Origin: Azolla caroliniana
Taxonomy: Eukaryota > Plantae > Polypodiophyta
Assembly (NCBI GenBank): GCA_043228905.1
Contig: JBHGNT010000016.1
Coordinates: 2,790,001-2,854,000, forward strand
Direction of reading: 5' to 3'
DNA: 64,000 bases
The notes under the pieces are model-generated. The model ran no database searches. It saw only the letters and a list, made by a program, of their open reading frames with translations, and was not told the DNA's origin. Shown one piece after another: positions 61,897-64,000 of the stretch. Every line of letters starts with the position of its first letter. Positions within the stretch are counted from its first letter, which is position 1. The translations under genes and the position numbers were made by a program.

Positions 61897-64000
61897 ATGG
61901 AAGGCGGCGGTAGTGGGCCTCCTGGCATGATGGTGTTGAACTCACAGAACTACGCCGACTGGAAGATAAAGATGGAAGACCTTCTCATCGTCCGAGACCT
62001 ATACGAACCGATCGACAATGCCGAGATACCCAAGGGGGTAATAGAGTCGGAGTGGAAGCTCCTGAACCGGAAAGCCGTAGCGACGATCCGGCAATATGTC
62101 GATGTAAGTGTCCTGCAACATGTGGCGAACGATACGAACGCCTATGAGATGTGGAAGAAGCTGTCGGGCCTCTATGAGAGGAAGAATGCGTTGAACCGGA
62201 CCTCCCTGATGAGGAAGATAGTGAACCTCAAGTACCGGGACGGCGAGAGTATGGTGGAACACGTAAGCACGTTCATGGGATTCGTGAACCAGCTTGCGGC
62301 GATCAAGTTCCCGTTGGAGGATGCAATGCAAGCCATCATCCTGATGTGTACATTGCCGGACAGCTGGGAGAACTTGGTGGTGACTCTCAGCACCTCCTGC
62401 ACCGAAGATAACTTGTCCCTACAAACGGTAAAGACAAGTATTTTGAACGAAGAAGCGCGTCGGAGAGATAAAGAACCGGTTTCTGATCAGAAGATGCTGC
62501 TTACCGAATCGGATCGGGGAAGACAATGGAACCGGAGTCCGCAAAGACGGGAGAAGTCGGGGACCCGGTCGCAGTCAAGAGGAAGGCCAACATGCTTCCA
62601 CTGTGGGAAGCCGGGGCACTTCCGGAAGAATTGTCGGCACTACCGAAAGGACAACGGAGCCAACGACACCGATTCGAAGAAGTCACCGGAGAGAAACGGT
62701 GCATACCGGGGAGCCACGGACCGGAGAGGTCCGGATCGGCGAGGGCAGGACCGGAAAGGAACGACGGCACTTGCGGCAAGTGAAGAAGAGATAATGCTTA
62801 TTACCGAAGAGAAGGAGCTGAACCTTGCCGGTGTAGAGATGACCTGGGTGGTCGATTCCGGAGCGTCGTTCCACCTGACCCCGGAGAAGAAATACTTCTC
62901 ATCCTACACAGCCGGTGAGCACGGCTGTGTCCGGATGGGAAATGAAGGCACATGCCGGATTGCCGGCATAGGAGACGTGTGGCTGTTGACATCAACCGGA
63001 TGCAAGATGCTGTTGAAGGATGTGCGACACGTTCCGGAGGTCCGATTGAACCTGATCTCGGCCGGGAGGCTAGATGATGAAGGCTACACGGGTAGCATCC
63101 GGAACGGTGTCATGAAGTTCAGCAAGGGGAGCCTGATAGTGGCTCGGGCCCGGAAGGTCAACACCCTGTACCTGATGAATTCCCGGCTATGTCCGGAGGA
63201 GCTGAACGTGGCAGCCGACACTGCCGGTGAGCTGTGGCACAAGAGACTGTGCCACATGAGTGAGAAGGGGATGAAGAGGCTTGCAGAAGACAACCTCATT
63301 CCAGTGAAGCATGTGCATCTGGAGAAGTGCACCGATTGCCTGGCCGGTAAGCAGAACCGAACCTCCTTCCACTCAAGGCCACCGACGAGACGTAGCGCAC
63401 CATTGGAGTTGGTGCACACTGATGTGTGTCAGGTAGAAACGAAGTCACATGGCGGAGCCCAGTACTTCGTGACTTTCATTGATGATCACAGCCGGAAGCT
63501 GTGGACGGCGCCGTTGAAGACAAAGGACCAAGTGTTGTCCGTCTTCAAAGAACTCCACGCGAGAGTGGAAAGAGAATCCGGCAAGAAGCTGAAAGCGATA
63601 CGAGCGGATAACGGAGGGGAATACCGGGGGCAGTTCCAGGAGTACTGTCGCTCGAAGGGAATCCGGCTCGAGTTTACTGTGCCGAAGACGCCGGAACTAA
63701 ACGGGCTGGCCGAGAGGATGAACCGGACCATAATGGACAGGGTCGGAGTATGCTGGCACATGCGAAATTACCCAAGGGGTTTTGGGCTGAGGCAATGTCG
63801 ACGGCGACATACGTGATAAACAGATCACCCTCAGTACCTTTGGATGGAGACACGCCGCAGAAAGTGTGGACCGGTAAGGAAGTGTCCTACCGGCATCTGA
63901 AGGTGTTCGGGTGTCTCGCATACGTGCATGTGGCAAAGGACCGGAGAGGAAAGCTAGATCCAAAGACCCGGCCATGCATATTCCTCGGTTACGGCGACGA
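61897..64000 (+). pseudogene. Copia G Gag-PR-INT with a 1-bp deletion in the integrase core
   Basis: Collinear with the F polyprotein. At ~63744 G has GTCGGAGT where F has GTCCGGAGT, which shifts the frame (ORF stops at 63816) while homology continues to 64000. Confidence 0.88.

Larger units (their letters stand above)
61092..64000 (+). mobile_element. Ty1/copia element G (same family as F), 5' LTR 61092-61865, PBS 61869-61880, runs off the window
   Basis: TGTTGGGAT..TAACA LTR and PBS TGGTATCAGAGC. It is inserted in the gag of element C, and its internal sequence is very similar to F. Confidence 0.93.

Overview
Land-plant nuclear DNA; a seed-free plant such as a fern is my inference from the TE types, not something the sequence proves. 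The left half (1-31.4 kb) is AT-rich gene space with three spliced genes: the 3' part of a MYBBP1A/Pol5-like nucleolar protein (+), an 8-exon RID3/IPI3/WDR18-type WD40 gene (+) with no in-frame ATG that appears to start at a CTG in ideal context, and a 9-exon PRAF/RLD (PH-RCC1-FYVE-BRX) gene (-). The right half (31.5-64 kb) is a GC-rich nest of seven LTR retrotransposons up to five levels deep: copia A > gypsy B > gypsy C(-) > {gypsy D > copia F; gypsy E; copia G}. The gypsy family is primed by tRNA-Trp, makes 4-bp target duplications centred on CG and lacks a chromodomain. It splits Gag-protease from RT-RH-INT at a G_GAU_UUU slippery site followed by a predicted pseudoknot with a compensatory change between copies, i.e. 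a probable -1 programmed ribosomal frameshift, which is the strongest candidate for an undescribed mechanism here. All alignments and counts were done by eye.
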